DNA of 32,373 nucleotides from Neolecta irregularis DAH-3 (Eukaryota): NCBI GenBank assembly GCA_001929475.1, contig LXFE01000826.1, positions 1 to 32,373 of the forward strand, read 5' to 3'. Shown piece by piece: positions 13,594 to 28,962 of this stretch (position 1 is its first letter; each line of letters starts with the position of its first letter). The notes under the pieces were generated by a model. It saw only the letters and a program-made list of their open reading frames with translations, ran no database searches and was not told where the DNA came from. The position numbers and the translations under genes were made by a program.

Positions 13594-14284
13594 ATGAAAT
13601 TTGCAATATTTGGGGTAAACCAAGCGGTAGGCCACAAAGCCGCTCAAATCGCAATCGAGCGTAACCATCAAGTGACCGCCTTGATAACGGGATCACTGTC
13701 CCATGCACCATTCGATATTTCCTCCAATACTAATATTTCATGGGTTGTCGGTGATGTGACGCACGCAGAAGATATCCAGAAAACGATAAAACACTGTGAT
13801 GGAGTTTTTGCCTCTTTATACGATGAACCAAATACAGAATATTCAAACTTATCTTTTGTAAAGGTATTTCCCTCCCTGTCTTGTGTCTGTGATATTTGCT
13901 AATTCCCAGAAAGTCATACCTCTAATGACCAAGAATCAGAAACTGGTAATAGTGGGCCACGTAGGAGTCGGCCGATCCTACGCAATTCAAAAAGCCGCAG
14001 CCAAAATTATCATAAGAGTGGTCTTGAAAGAACCGATGGCCGATGAATCTGGCATGGAAGAGTTTCTCAAGCAGTATCTACCGAATGATTTTATCGTGCT
14101 TCGAGCGCAATTGCTGCAGAATGGTATGATGGATCTTGTAAACGTGAAAATTCTGGATGATGCTTCTGGGAGTATTTTTGGGAGGACGAAGAAAGAGGAT
14201 TTGGCTGGTGTTGCGATGCAAATCTTTGAGGGAAAGCGTCGTGACGTTGTCTGGGGAAATATAGTTTGTGTTGATTCGGGATAA
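13594..14284 (+). CDS. NAD(P)-binding Rossmann-fold protein, flavin reductase/BLVRB-like, paralog 2 (214 aa)
   Basis: MKFAIFGVNQAVG...HQVTALI...VVGDVT...HCDGVFASL...FIVLRA...KEDLA. Intron at 13864-13909 lies at the same codon position as in paralog 1. Confidence 0.75.
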
Positions 14285-14828
14285 TTTATATTCCACACAT
14301 GAAAAATCAACTGGTAGGTGTTATTGTATTCTCTAGGGCAGATTATGTAGCCCAGGATGCGGATGCAAATTGCGTTTTCTATAAAAAAGACGTTCGCCTT
14401 GAACATTGAACTGGCTAGATATCTTTTGTGGTGGGCGTCGGGAGAGCGTGGCCGACCTGGACATAGCTAAAGGCATTGCTCAGACAGCCGGGACATGGTT
14501 GGGAGCACTGCGCAGGGCGGGCAAGAATGGAGAAGCGGGCGAATATGAGCAGAGGTGGAGACGCGAGGTAGGAGAGGCCGGTGAGATGCGCTGACAAGGC
14601 AGGTAGGACGGCGTTAGGACGAGACATGGGAGGAGAAGGGCTGCATAGTATTGTTTAATCTCACTTGGAAAAGACCATCCTTGCAACACCTTCGTTTTGG
14701 CTCAGTGGCAGCTGCAGCCATATTCTGGCTTCTCGCTGAGACTTCCCGAAGGGTCACATTTGAGACACGCCATCCTGTTATCCTCTATAAATGGACAAGA
14801 TCCGTTTATCTAGGAGACAGAGTACAAC

Positions 14829-16522
14829 ATGTTGTTTCTGAGGCATTTCCTTTTCCTTCGTGGATGCTACTTATGTTTGCAGGATTATTTCCGTCGGCAT
14901 CCTTGCTGTCATGCATGCTACTGCAACAAACCAAAATGTTGTGGGAAAAACACAGGTTACCACACAGGATCCCAATGAACCACAAGTTTCCAAAAAAGTA
15001 ACAGCCTTTGGCATCCTTGATGTCATGCATGCTACTGCAACAAACCAAAATGTTGTGGGAAATACGCAGGCTACCACACAGGATCCCAATGTTCGACTAG
15101 GATGGGTATATAACCAGTATGGGCATCCAAAGCTTTACCCGCCGCCGAGGTGATGCCTTCTCCTTATGGATACTGCTTATGATTGTAGGAAGATACACTC
15201 AGCTACTCCTGTCATAGGTGATACTGCAACACACCAAAATCTTGTGGGAAATACACAGGTTACCACACAGGATCCCAATGTTCCACTAATATGGATACAT
15301 AACAACCAGTATATTCATAAGCTCCGACCACAGCTTTACCCGCCCCCGGGGTGGTGCCTTCTCCTTATGGATACTGCTTATGATTGTAGGAGGATACGCT
15401 CAGCCACTCCTGTCATAGGTACTACTGCAACACACCAAAATCTTGTGGGAAATACACAGGTTACCGCACAGGATCCCAATGTTCCACTAATATGGGTACA
15501 TGACCAGCTTATGCCCCCGCAGTAATGCCTTCTCCTTACGGATACTGCTTATGATTGTAGGACAATACACTCAGCTACTCCTGTCATAGGTGCTACTGCA
15601 ACATACCAAAATCTTGTGGGAAATACACAGATTACCACACAGGATCCCAATGATCTACCAGCGTTCGACCCAGTAACCGAGTTGAAAAAACTATGGCATG
15701 ATCCACCTAAAGAAGGCATTCGTCTGTGTACTTGGGAGGAGTACAATTACGCCAGAAAGGAATATGGAGATGCATTTTATATTGTGGCAGCCATATTAGA
15801 CAGATGCGATCCCATGAGTAAAGCGCCGACTAACATCAACTATCGCAGTATTGAGAATCGTCAATACTTGTTGAGAAAGTCATCAAAGATTTTGGTAACA
15901 CTTTGTGACTGTGGCCCTATTGATCTGGCAGTTTACTAAATCAGATCCAACCAATATATTTCAACAGAAAGCGAAGCATGCTATTGAAGCAGTTCATAGA
16001 ACACTCAGCAATGATCCAAAATATAAGAGTAATCCAGAGAAATGGGTACATGACCAGCTTGTGCTTAAGCTTCGACCACAACTTTTCCGGAAGTCGATGT
16101 GATGCCCTCTCCTTATGGATACTGCTTATGATTGTAGGAAGATATGCTCAGCCGCTCCTGTCATAGTTGCTACTGCAACACAACAAAATCTTGTGGGAAA
16201 TACACAGATTACCACACAGGATTTCAATGTTCCACCAGTATCCAAAGAGTTGGAAAAATTATCAAAAGTTCTACAAGACTACAATGTTCCAGATCCCAAT
16301 ATTGTAATCTCTGTCGAGCCTCCAAAGAAGAAACGAAAAATAGATCTTTTCAAACAACCCCATGATAGCAATTCTGCCCTGAGTGGTTATACCGACTCTT
16401 CTCACCCTGAAGAAAGTCCCTCTGGTCAACAAAGTACTACATATGTCTCTACACAACAGATGAGGAAGATAATACGTACAAAGCTCGCAGATAAGTCCAA
16501 GCCTTATCATCTGCAGATATGA
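14829..16522 (+). CDS. Orphan protein with internal repeats and a classical NLS, ~486 aa
   Basis: TATAAA near 14786 and ATG at 14829. Introns 14843-14882 (GC-AG), 15150-15188, 15351-15389, 15522-15560, 15895-15931, 16099-16137 join the track ORFs into one 1461-nt frame. PKKKRKI at 16322-16342. Confidence 0.6.
14917..16229 (+). repeat. Six copies of a 61-bp coding repeat (xTATxQNxVGxTQxTTQDxN), five preceded by a homologous intron
   Basis: Copies at 14917-14977, 15031-15091, 15220-15280, 15421-15481, 15592-15652, 16169-16229. Confidence 0.92.
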
Positions 16523-16885
16523 GGGCAAATATATCTTGGTATGAGTCATTTGAAACATCAATCTGATATTGGTTAATTGTAAAAATGAATGTGCCTACAA
16601 TAGGTAGCAATAAATATTTCCTTGATATGAAGCGATAGAATCTCCTGGTTGAAATACGGAATGCGAGAAGCTGTTACAAATGCGCTAGCACCCAGAAGTA
16701 ATACACCAACTCTCTGTGTTTTGGATTAACAGATTGGCGTGGCTCCATCTTGCAATTGTCTGCGTTGCTCTGCCCACAACCTGCAGAACGCCGTCACGCA
16801 CGGCATCCTCGCCCGCCACGGCCATCTGCTCCAGTCCTACCAGACCATGCTCTTCTGGCATCCAGGGCGCTACAGTCCTCATCGT

Positions 16886-16922
16886 CATCGTCTTTAGGGT
16901 TACCGTAACCCTAAAGACGATG
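16886..16922. repeat. Perfect inverted repeat, 18-bp arms with a 1-nt spacer
   Basis: catcgtctttagggttac-c-gtaaccctaaagacgatg. Confidence 0.95.
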
Positions 16923-17968
16923 CGGTTACCCCTTCTGCGACTCCTCCTTGGGCGCCTCCACCTGCGAGTCCAGGTCTATCAAGGTCCTCAGCCTCAGCAT
17001 CGTCCTGGCCCACCCTACCCTGTGCTACAGCAATCGCTATAACCCGCTCCCCAGACCAAAATCAGACTTGTCACAAAAACTCTCGTGCTTCCACAGGTCC
17101 GTCAAGGTCGTTGGAATGGCAGACGATCTCAATATAATAGAAGTTAGAATTTGAAGCTGTACCTGCAATAGCACGTCAGTATAGACAAACAGGTTTGTAA
17201 TTTCTGCAGTTTTGGGTTGGCCTAAAGTTTAGGAATGCCTTGGATATCAAGAAACGCAGAAACCTGAGGGGTTGAACCGATAATCAGGGTTTTATATTCG
17301 CTTTTCTACTGTGTTGTGGATGGGCCAAACCCATTGGCTTTTTTGAGGGAATAGCCTCTCAACCTCACACCTTGTAAGGATATACACTCAAGTATATCCT
17401 TACCAAAGATGGAAACGGTAGGGCGGTTGATGAGGCTTGATGTAAATAGTATATTGTGGGCACTATCAAGTCCCACCACCCCGACAAAACGGCACCCGCA
17501 GAGTCAGTCATACAGGACGGTGGGCGTCCCCCCAGTCCAAGATGCTGGATTACCATGTGGATTATGTTCCACAGGGACCAGTCAGATGACCGGACAGTGG
17601 CGCGCAAGGACGGGATATAGGTAGCACCCAGCGTCGGGTAGCACGCTAGGCTTAACGCTGTATATTAATACCAACGGTTATTATCACTAACAACCACCGG
17701 CGACTATATACGACTTTAAGGCTCAGCGGAGTATAGGCCAGACCGGTCAAGTACTCACATATATAGTGCCGGGCTGGATGGAGTCAACCTTAATTTTTCT
17801 GCAAACGAAGCACTACACGAGTACACACCCGTTCACAGTTTTCCACATCTAGAATCAAGGGAGACATTATGTAGTTTATTAGTAATTAATGTATGAATAT
17901 CAATATCGTTAGATAAAGAAATTTAAAAAGTACTAAATACCCAATCCCAGTGCCCATGCTTCTCGTGA

Positions 17969-20338
17969 TTAATAATATTCCCTCTCATCGTCAATGACCT
18001 GAACTTCCCGGACAGCTCGACTACTTTTCATTTTTTTCTCTGGCCTCTGAGTGAATGATCCATTGGAATGCGTTCGTTTCTTGCTAGGGGGGTGCTCCTG
18101 GGATAAATCATCTTCATCGTCCTCCGTCGTGTCACCGCCAGCTTCAGGAGGTGCTGGTACAGAGAGGTCGGTATGGAGATAGCTCTCCCGCGGCACTGCA
18201 ATGGATTCTTTCTTTAAAATACTTTCCTCCATTTGTCTTTGGACAAACTAATATGTCAGCCGAAAGAAAATCCAAAAGAATACACAATGATGTATAAGCA
18301 GGGTAGGATCGAAGTAAAAGTCTAATTTCTGTTGAGCTTTGGAAGTCTTGATGACTTTTGTATTTGGCTTAGCAACTCGTCTAGATTGGCTTCCCCGAGC
18401 AGCTTTAGGGTACTGATTCTCTATGAACCCCTCCCTTTCGAGTCGATTGAGGATTTGAGTCAAGACTTCAAGGTCACAAGCTTCAGTCAGAGCCTACACC
18501 AAAATAAAAAAAAAGCATACATAGTCGATCAGAGAATGCTTTGTTAGTCTTTGGAAATCCTTCTTCCCAGAGAATTTTCAAAGATCGTCGAAAGACTGCC
18601 AAATCACAAAGGCTGTGAAGAGTTTTCACTTCGGATTTTTCGAGGAGACAATCATAGCAGATGTGTTGATCGGGGATCCTTTCATCCTCGCCCGAATGAT
18701 ACCCGTAACACCAGACATGAACCCAGCTCTCGCACTGTTCACATTGAATCGACATAATCAGCCGCGCAGGTACATCTACAATACCATATCGCCGTCTGTT
18801 GCAGGATCAAGACAAGCGCAGTAAACTCCAGTTTTACTCAATCTTCGTTTTTTCTTTTTCAGGGTTGACATCAATTGTCGAGATTTTTCCAAGGTAAGCT
18901 GGAGCTTCTGATTCTTTTTGAAAATTTGCGTCATAGGCGCAGAGTGGATAGTCAAAGAATCTGCAACTTCTAAGCCTGTTGCGGATATATTCTTAGGGTT
19001 AAGGCTAGCTCTCTGGTTGACATCGATGATAGAAAGAGGGACTCGAGGTGATTGAATTTGTTGAAGTGGCGGGGTAGCATCGTCCACGAGCGGCTGCGTA
19101 GCAAGAAGCTCTTGATCATCTCCGGGTGCCTTTAACTTGAGGAGTTAATAGTTGACACTATTTAGAATTCACAAACCATTCCTCTGAGTCTCATTAAATC
19201 TTCACTACGACGAGACCAGTGTCGATCATCACGCTTCAAGGTATGTTTGGCAACAAGTTCAGATTTTGGTAGATAACTCTTCTCCACAATATCCTGATCG
19301 ATAACTATGGGTTGATTGATATCTTCTTCCACATTCTTCGAGTTGCTATTCACAATTTCCGGAGGTAAAATACCCTTGACGGCAGGAAAGTTGTCCCTCT
19401 CCTCAACAGTCGAAATGACTACTCCAACGCTGCAAGGTCAGAATATTCAGGGAGGAGTTGATTTGCACCTGTGAAATCCGGCATTCATTGATCCTCCGGC
19501 GAGTCGAAGTATTTGTTGTTCGTCAGTAGAGTTCATCAGGAACTTTTCCTCGTTCGTGGAATCTCGAAATCCCGGGGGCTGGTAATCTGTCGGAGTATTT
19601 TCTGTATAGAATAATTTAAAAGTTATGTTTCGGCATTCTGAGGGTAAGGATGCATCCGTAAACCTGTCCTTACCTGGCAAAGTATTGAGATTCTGTGTGA
19701 TCATAATCATTCGTCTCATGAGCAGCTGGTGGCTTCGCTTAGCGCTGACAATACTGATTGGTTGAACAATCGTTCCGTCCAAGTTCCTGATTTCCATCGT
19801 CGTTTCACATGTATAATTGAAGTTGAAAATGTATGCTTCGGCAATATCGTGGGGTCGATTCGGATCCAGAAATATAGCGAGAATAAACGATTTAAGGTAT
19901 TTTTGGTAGATAGCGTCATATATGCCTTTCTCCTAGAAGGCCCTGAGACGTGTAGCCCAAGTTTGAGCTGCGTACCAGATAATCAAGCAACTGATCTGCC
20001 TCCTCAGAATGACCACGCTTAAGCTTCTTAACTCTGGTGGAGCTTGCAGAATTGCTCGAGAGCCGCCCTCGATGGGATTCTGAGTCCTCGTCGGAAATTC
20101 TGTCGTCATAGAAGGTGCTTTCTGGAAATATGCCGCTGAATTGATGTCAAATACTGAGACTGTGGGCTCTAAACGCTTACCGAAGAAAGGTAATACTCCC
20201 TAGGCTGGCTGAAAGAAGAGATTCAACGAGCTGCAGACTTGATTGTATAGTCGACAAGGCGACACTTTGACGCTGAGTTCGATGGAGCTATCAATCAGCA
20301 TCTAGTAAGTGAATCTAATGGACCTGAATAGTAGCCAT
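17969..20338 (-). CDS. HOP1: Meiotic HORMA-domain axis protein with PHD finger and winged-helix region, ~672 aa
   Basis: HORMA (ITFLRGIFPE, EKGIYDAIYQKYL, TFKLFYTENTPTDYQPPGF), PHD (CAC..DGDMIQCEQCESWVHVWCYG..HICYDC), wHTH-like ILNRLEREGFI, and a basic C-terminal closure-motif-like tail. Introns 20323-20288, 20180-20136, 19975-19933, 19673-19638, 19468-19430, 19176-19136, 18784-18750 (non-AG acceptor), 18520-18481, 18283-18248; CDS 2019 nt. Confidence 0.88.
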
Positions 20339-20677
20339 TGTATCGGAACTATATGAAATGAAGGGATATTAGTATTGAAGCATGAAACCTCGTATATCCG
20401 CGGTTTATAGTGATGGTAATGGAGACCGTGGGGACCAAATCGACGATGACATCATAATGCCGTTCCAGCGAAACTGGGTGAAAGAAAGGAAAGACGATCC
20501 GATGCAATTGATACCTTGAAATGTCAATATTGATGGTAGATTAGCGCAAATTACACATTGCAGAATTTAATATTTCACATTGGGATTAGATTGTATGCAA
20601 GAAACGCAAAAGAGAACGACCAACAAACAGGATTGGAATAGATATTGATAGACCAAAAATGTTCATAAAATATTTGT

Positions 20678-21978
<1,301 letters not shown>

Positions 21979-23041
21979 GAAAGGAGGGTGAGATTGTTAT
22001 GTAGGGATCTAACCCCACAATGACCGGAAATAAATATCGAACCCTGAGGGATGGTTGACGCACTTGAAAGAAGGAAAATAAAAAGGATCCGATTAAAAAG
22101 CGGCGGGTGATAAGAAATGGATCTTAGCTGTCAATTTGGACCTTGTGCTGCGGAACCCGACGACTGCGGGTATGGCGACAAAGCAACGGATACGGAAGAA
22201 GGAGAAGCAAATGCGCACACGATTTGAACAGTCTTGCTACCAGTGCGCGCTAGTGTGCTGGTGTTTGCAGCGAGGAATTGCCAAAAATAAATAACAAGTA
22301 AACAGGGTACATCCCTGTGTAGCGTGTTTCCCTTATGGAACGACTTGAGAAGCAGAAAAGAACCTTTCAGAACCAAAAGGCTAGTTGGGTATACAGACAT
22401 TTCCTGAGACTGGGAATCAATGAAATGAAGATCGTGTCTGACGAGGTGGGTGGATGAATTAGACGCAAATGAGATGACATTTTAAGACTGCATGTTTGCA
22501 TTGGGAAAACGTGTGCTTGTCAGGCAAAATCGTCAAACCTTGATTCGGGTGCACAAAGGATACGAAGATCTTGGGTGGGATTTTGTTTTGCATGTCTCAT
22601 CGATCATGATCTCTGCGGTGGATGTTGAGGCTGGTTATCATTTGGGGGTGGAATCTCGTGGGAATGAATATTCTTCCTCGGGACAACGATCATAATGACG
22701 CCGAGAAAGCGTGCTATGAATTGATATTGTATAAATGATGGAAAGGGATCTCACAGGGGAGATAATCACCAATATTGTCATGAGAGTTGTACTATAACGC
22801 ATGATTGGGTCGGCTATTCGACTAAACGCTATACCCCCGGCGGCTAATTGCTCACACAATTCACTGTACATCGTTGGTATAGTTAGATAGGTGGACTGAC
22901 ATGTCATTTGTAATTTTATGAGATTGAATTGTGATATAAATGTGGATTTATGCTATACGAAGGGATGAATGTTCCCAAAATCGTCCCTATTCACTATCAA
23001 ACTGAAACCGCAGACTTTCGACGGCTTCCTTCGAGCCGAAT

Positions 23042-24616
23042 CTATTCGAGAATCGTTAATTTCCTTTCATAGTATTCCCAATCATTGAGAATACTAGTTC
23101 GACTGGGCCAAGAACACACAATTCGGAGCATCTCTCGACCTGCTTCAGGGTACATCTCTTGAGTATCTCGAGAATTGGTCACCGGTTTATTCTCGTTGTT
23201 CCTGTTGCGAAAATTCAGAATTTTTCATCTCCCAGCGACAAGGGAGTCATACAACAATCGGACATGCTTCAACCCAGCGTTAGGGACATCTTTAACAAAG
23301 AGCCACTGAAGTGAAAATATTCCCTTCCATTTGTCTTGACTCCAAACGGTGGAATTGGTGCCGTAGTCGACAGCAGACTTCATCTGTGCAATTCCACAGA
23401 AGCGCCCAGATGAGTTGACGCTGAAGAAAAGGTAGATCGGTCCTTGTACCCCAGATTCCGCAAATGCGGTATTGAGACGTCGGTTTCCGATTTCAGTAGA
23501 TGCCCAGATATTGTATTTCAACGATTTGAAAACATCATCTTCCTGCTTAATTAACACAAGCTTCTTATAGACTTGTACGGTATAAGATTTAATGACAAAG
23601 TACCTAGCCTGAAGATTAGTATCCACACTTAGTCTAGGTCGTCACATAGGTTGGATAGATATCAAAATACTGCGGATTCAGAGCTCGTTCACGAACGATT
23701 CTCTCAGTGGCGGGCTTTGTCACTGGAGGGATAGTTGTTCGGAACAGCTTGTGTTGCCGATTTATGCTCATTCGAGAAAAGGCTCCATCAAGGGAGGAGT
23801 CCTCGCAGCTCCAGGAACGGTGATGATTTGGAATGTTTGATGTAGTGGATGTACCCAAATTACGGATGGATGGTCTCTCTGATGAAGTTTCACTTGCCGG
23901 CCGATGCTGAGTTTGAAGACTTGTGGATCGAGGCTTTGGAGGTCTCTGTGCGAGAGTATTTGCCCAGATATTTATCTTCGGAGAATGAGCAATTCTTGGC
24001 GGATGTAAAAAGAGGATTATACCGGAACGGAATGAGGGAGAATAATTTCATCGTCTGGATGGACTAGAGGCTCACCCTCTGATTGCGACCAAGGAGAAGC
24101 TGGGATGTCTTCTCTCTCGCTTCTGAAGGAGAGTTGACGACTGTGCCGATAAGATTCGTAAGCATGAGACGGAGGTTCCTCAGACCGCCGGACAGCAAAA
24201 ATATCCTGCTGCGGCCGATGGTAGAAGTGCTTTGAGCAGTTGCTGTGGAGACTCATGTCTGGCGAGCTGTGGAGGATCAACATTGCGTTGGCGACAAGAT
24301 ATGGGAAGACTGGTACTTGTAGGCAGCTCGCGTAATGTCTGTACGAAAACAGGGAAATGTTTGCAATGCTGTCCTCTGGAGATTGGCAATGTGATTCACG
24401 GTGGTTGACTGTACACGTAGAGATCAGGAAAACGGGACTGGGAAGTAAGCGGGAACTCACATGGCAGCACAGCCGGGGGTGGGCACAAGTACCAAGACCA
24501 CTGACGGAACGCTGATGCAGCCAGGAATACACAGCGTGAATCCGGTGGAACAATTAGACGAGCGCTAACGCTTCCGAGCAGGGAGATCGCGTTGATCCCG
24601 GCAGTGGGAACCTCAT
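23042..24616 (-). CDS. YTH-domain RNA-binding protein (YTHDF/Pho92-like); 5' end uncertain
   Basis: [75 protein letters not shown]. Introns 24022-23976, 23645-23609, 23578-23543, 23252-23202. N-terminal exons and start are not resolved. Confidence 0.85.
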
Positions 24617-24971
24617 TGAGTGGTTGCTTTGCGCTCTGAAAGTCTTCGTGTGTTCTGCTAACCTACAAAAGAAGGATCCAGCGCGCAACAGAACATTCGG
24701 GCAGTCGCGATCACCGTGACTGATACAGAATTTAAAGGGTTATGGCTTCTTGGAAACCCCAGCAAGTTGGAGGTGAAGCTCCACGACCGCTAATTTTCCC
24801 TGTGGGGAAATTTACTGGTATTTCCGCCCAATTCCCAGATCTGGAAAGCCGGTCGTGGTGGACCTCATCTCAGTTTAAATTTCCATCAAAAGCATAAGAG
24901 TTGATCTCCCGGCCAAACTCCGATCGAATAAACAGCATATCGAGCCTCAAAAGCATCTACAGCTACTGCGC

Positions 24972-27518
<2,547 letters not shown>

Positions 27519-27754
27519 ACGTTATGGTTCAAACTTAGCCTTTGTAGAATATGCATATCCAATAGTTTTCTGTGACTTAATAGTAATTGGGTATGGACTT
27601 TATAGAATATATACTAGTATTCTGGAATTACAATGCTTACACTCAAACAAGGAACTTTACGCACCAGACATATACGGTTCAAAAGTATCTGAACCGAGTT
27701 CCATGGCTTTCTGAATTGCTTGAATATCTATGAATAAATAGTAATAATCGTTGT

Positions 27755-28962
27755 TCAATTCAACACAAACGAAATGTCGTCACTGATCCTGTATTTTTGC
27801 TTCCTAAGCCAGGCATCATTCCAAAATTTACTTAATCCCCTGGTACCTGAATCGCACAATAACGTGACAACGGAGCTGCTTTCTGGCATGCGTAGAGCGG
27901 TCTTCACAGCAGCAACGACATTGACAGCACTTGAGCTCCCGATAAAAATACCATCAGATTTTAAAAGATGACGAGACATTGCGATGGCTTCCTCGTCAGT
28001 AACTTTGATAGCATCGTCGATAAGTTTTCGTCCGACTTCAAAGTTACGGGTAAGTCGATTGATTCCAATCCCCTCGATAATACTATCGATTTGATGGCGT
28101 CTACGAGATCCTTCCTTTTCGGTGTGACTGTACATTGTGTTGTGTTTAATCTTATTGAAAAGGCCAGACCCTTGAGGATCTGCCAAGACGATTTTGACAG
28201 CCGGGTTGCGTTGCTTGAGAGCGATTGCTATTCCGGATATCGTCCCGCCGGTACCTATTCGAGTTAAAGCTAGTGCTCAAAAAAAGATTTCATACCTGCT
28301 CCTGTAACGAATGCAGCAACTTTTCCGCCTGTCTGTTCCCATATCTCAGGTCCAGTTCCTTCAAAATGCGCTCTCCAATTCGCCTCATTTTCAAATTGAT
28401 CTGCAAACACACTTCCTTCTTTACTAGCGCTCATATTTTTGGCCATATTCACAAACTGGTCCTGGTCCACGATACTCGCCGGTCGAACCTTCTCAACTTC
28501 TGCACCCATCAAGATTAGCAAGTCAGCTTTTTCCGAAGAAACATCGTCGGGCATAAAAATCTTGGCATGATATCCCAGTGAATTGGAGAGCAATGCGATA
28601 CTGATACCAGTTGATCCGACTGTTCCTTCATAAATCGTTCCGCCCGGTTTTAACGCCCCGATCGCTTCAAAATGGCGTATGATGTTCAAGGCAACGCGAT
28701 CTTTCGGAGAGCCTCCTGGCGACAGAAATTCCGCTTTGGCAAGGATACGACGTTTCGTGAGACGGGATAACGATGGTATTTCGAGAAGTGGCGTATTTCC
28801 GACGAGGTCTGCGAGACCATTCGCGATCTTGTAATTTGGTTCATTGGATGACTTAGTTGGGAATAGCCGCGAGAAAAATGATTGAAGAGTCAGGGTGACT
28901 GAAATGCCAATTGTCAGACCAATTAAAATGTTTTTGTGATCTGGGTTATTGAGATTGATCAT
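27755..28962 (-). CDS. Cysteine synthase-like PLP enzyme with N-terminal membrane anchor (MCY1/cys12 type), ~388 aa
   Basis: LVGNTPL, KAEFLSPGGSPKDR (PLP lysine), EGTVGSTGIS, GAGTGGT, EGIGINR, GSSSAVN, LCDSG. Intron 28295-28255. First in-frame ATG is at 28962. Confidence 0.88.

Noticed and set aside
14917-16229. CRISPR-like repeat-spacer array
   Set aside because: The context is eukaryotic, the repeats are 61 bp and in-frame coding, the intervening sequences are homologous to each other, and there are no cas genes.
17690-17770. Group I intron core suggested by gactat/atatagt strings
   Set aside because: No convincing P, Q, R, S element order and no host RNA gene. The match is explained by a simple local inverted repeat.
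22000-23000. ORFs upstream of the C2H2 gene (22131-22400, 22492-22695, 22638-22907)
   Set aside because: No protein-like features or spliceable continuity. More likely the C2H2 promoter/5'UTR and the YTH 3'UTR.
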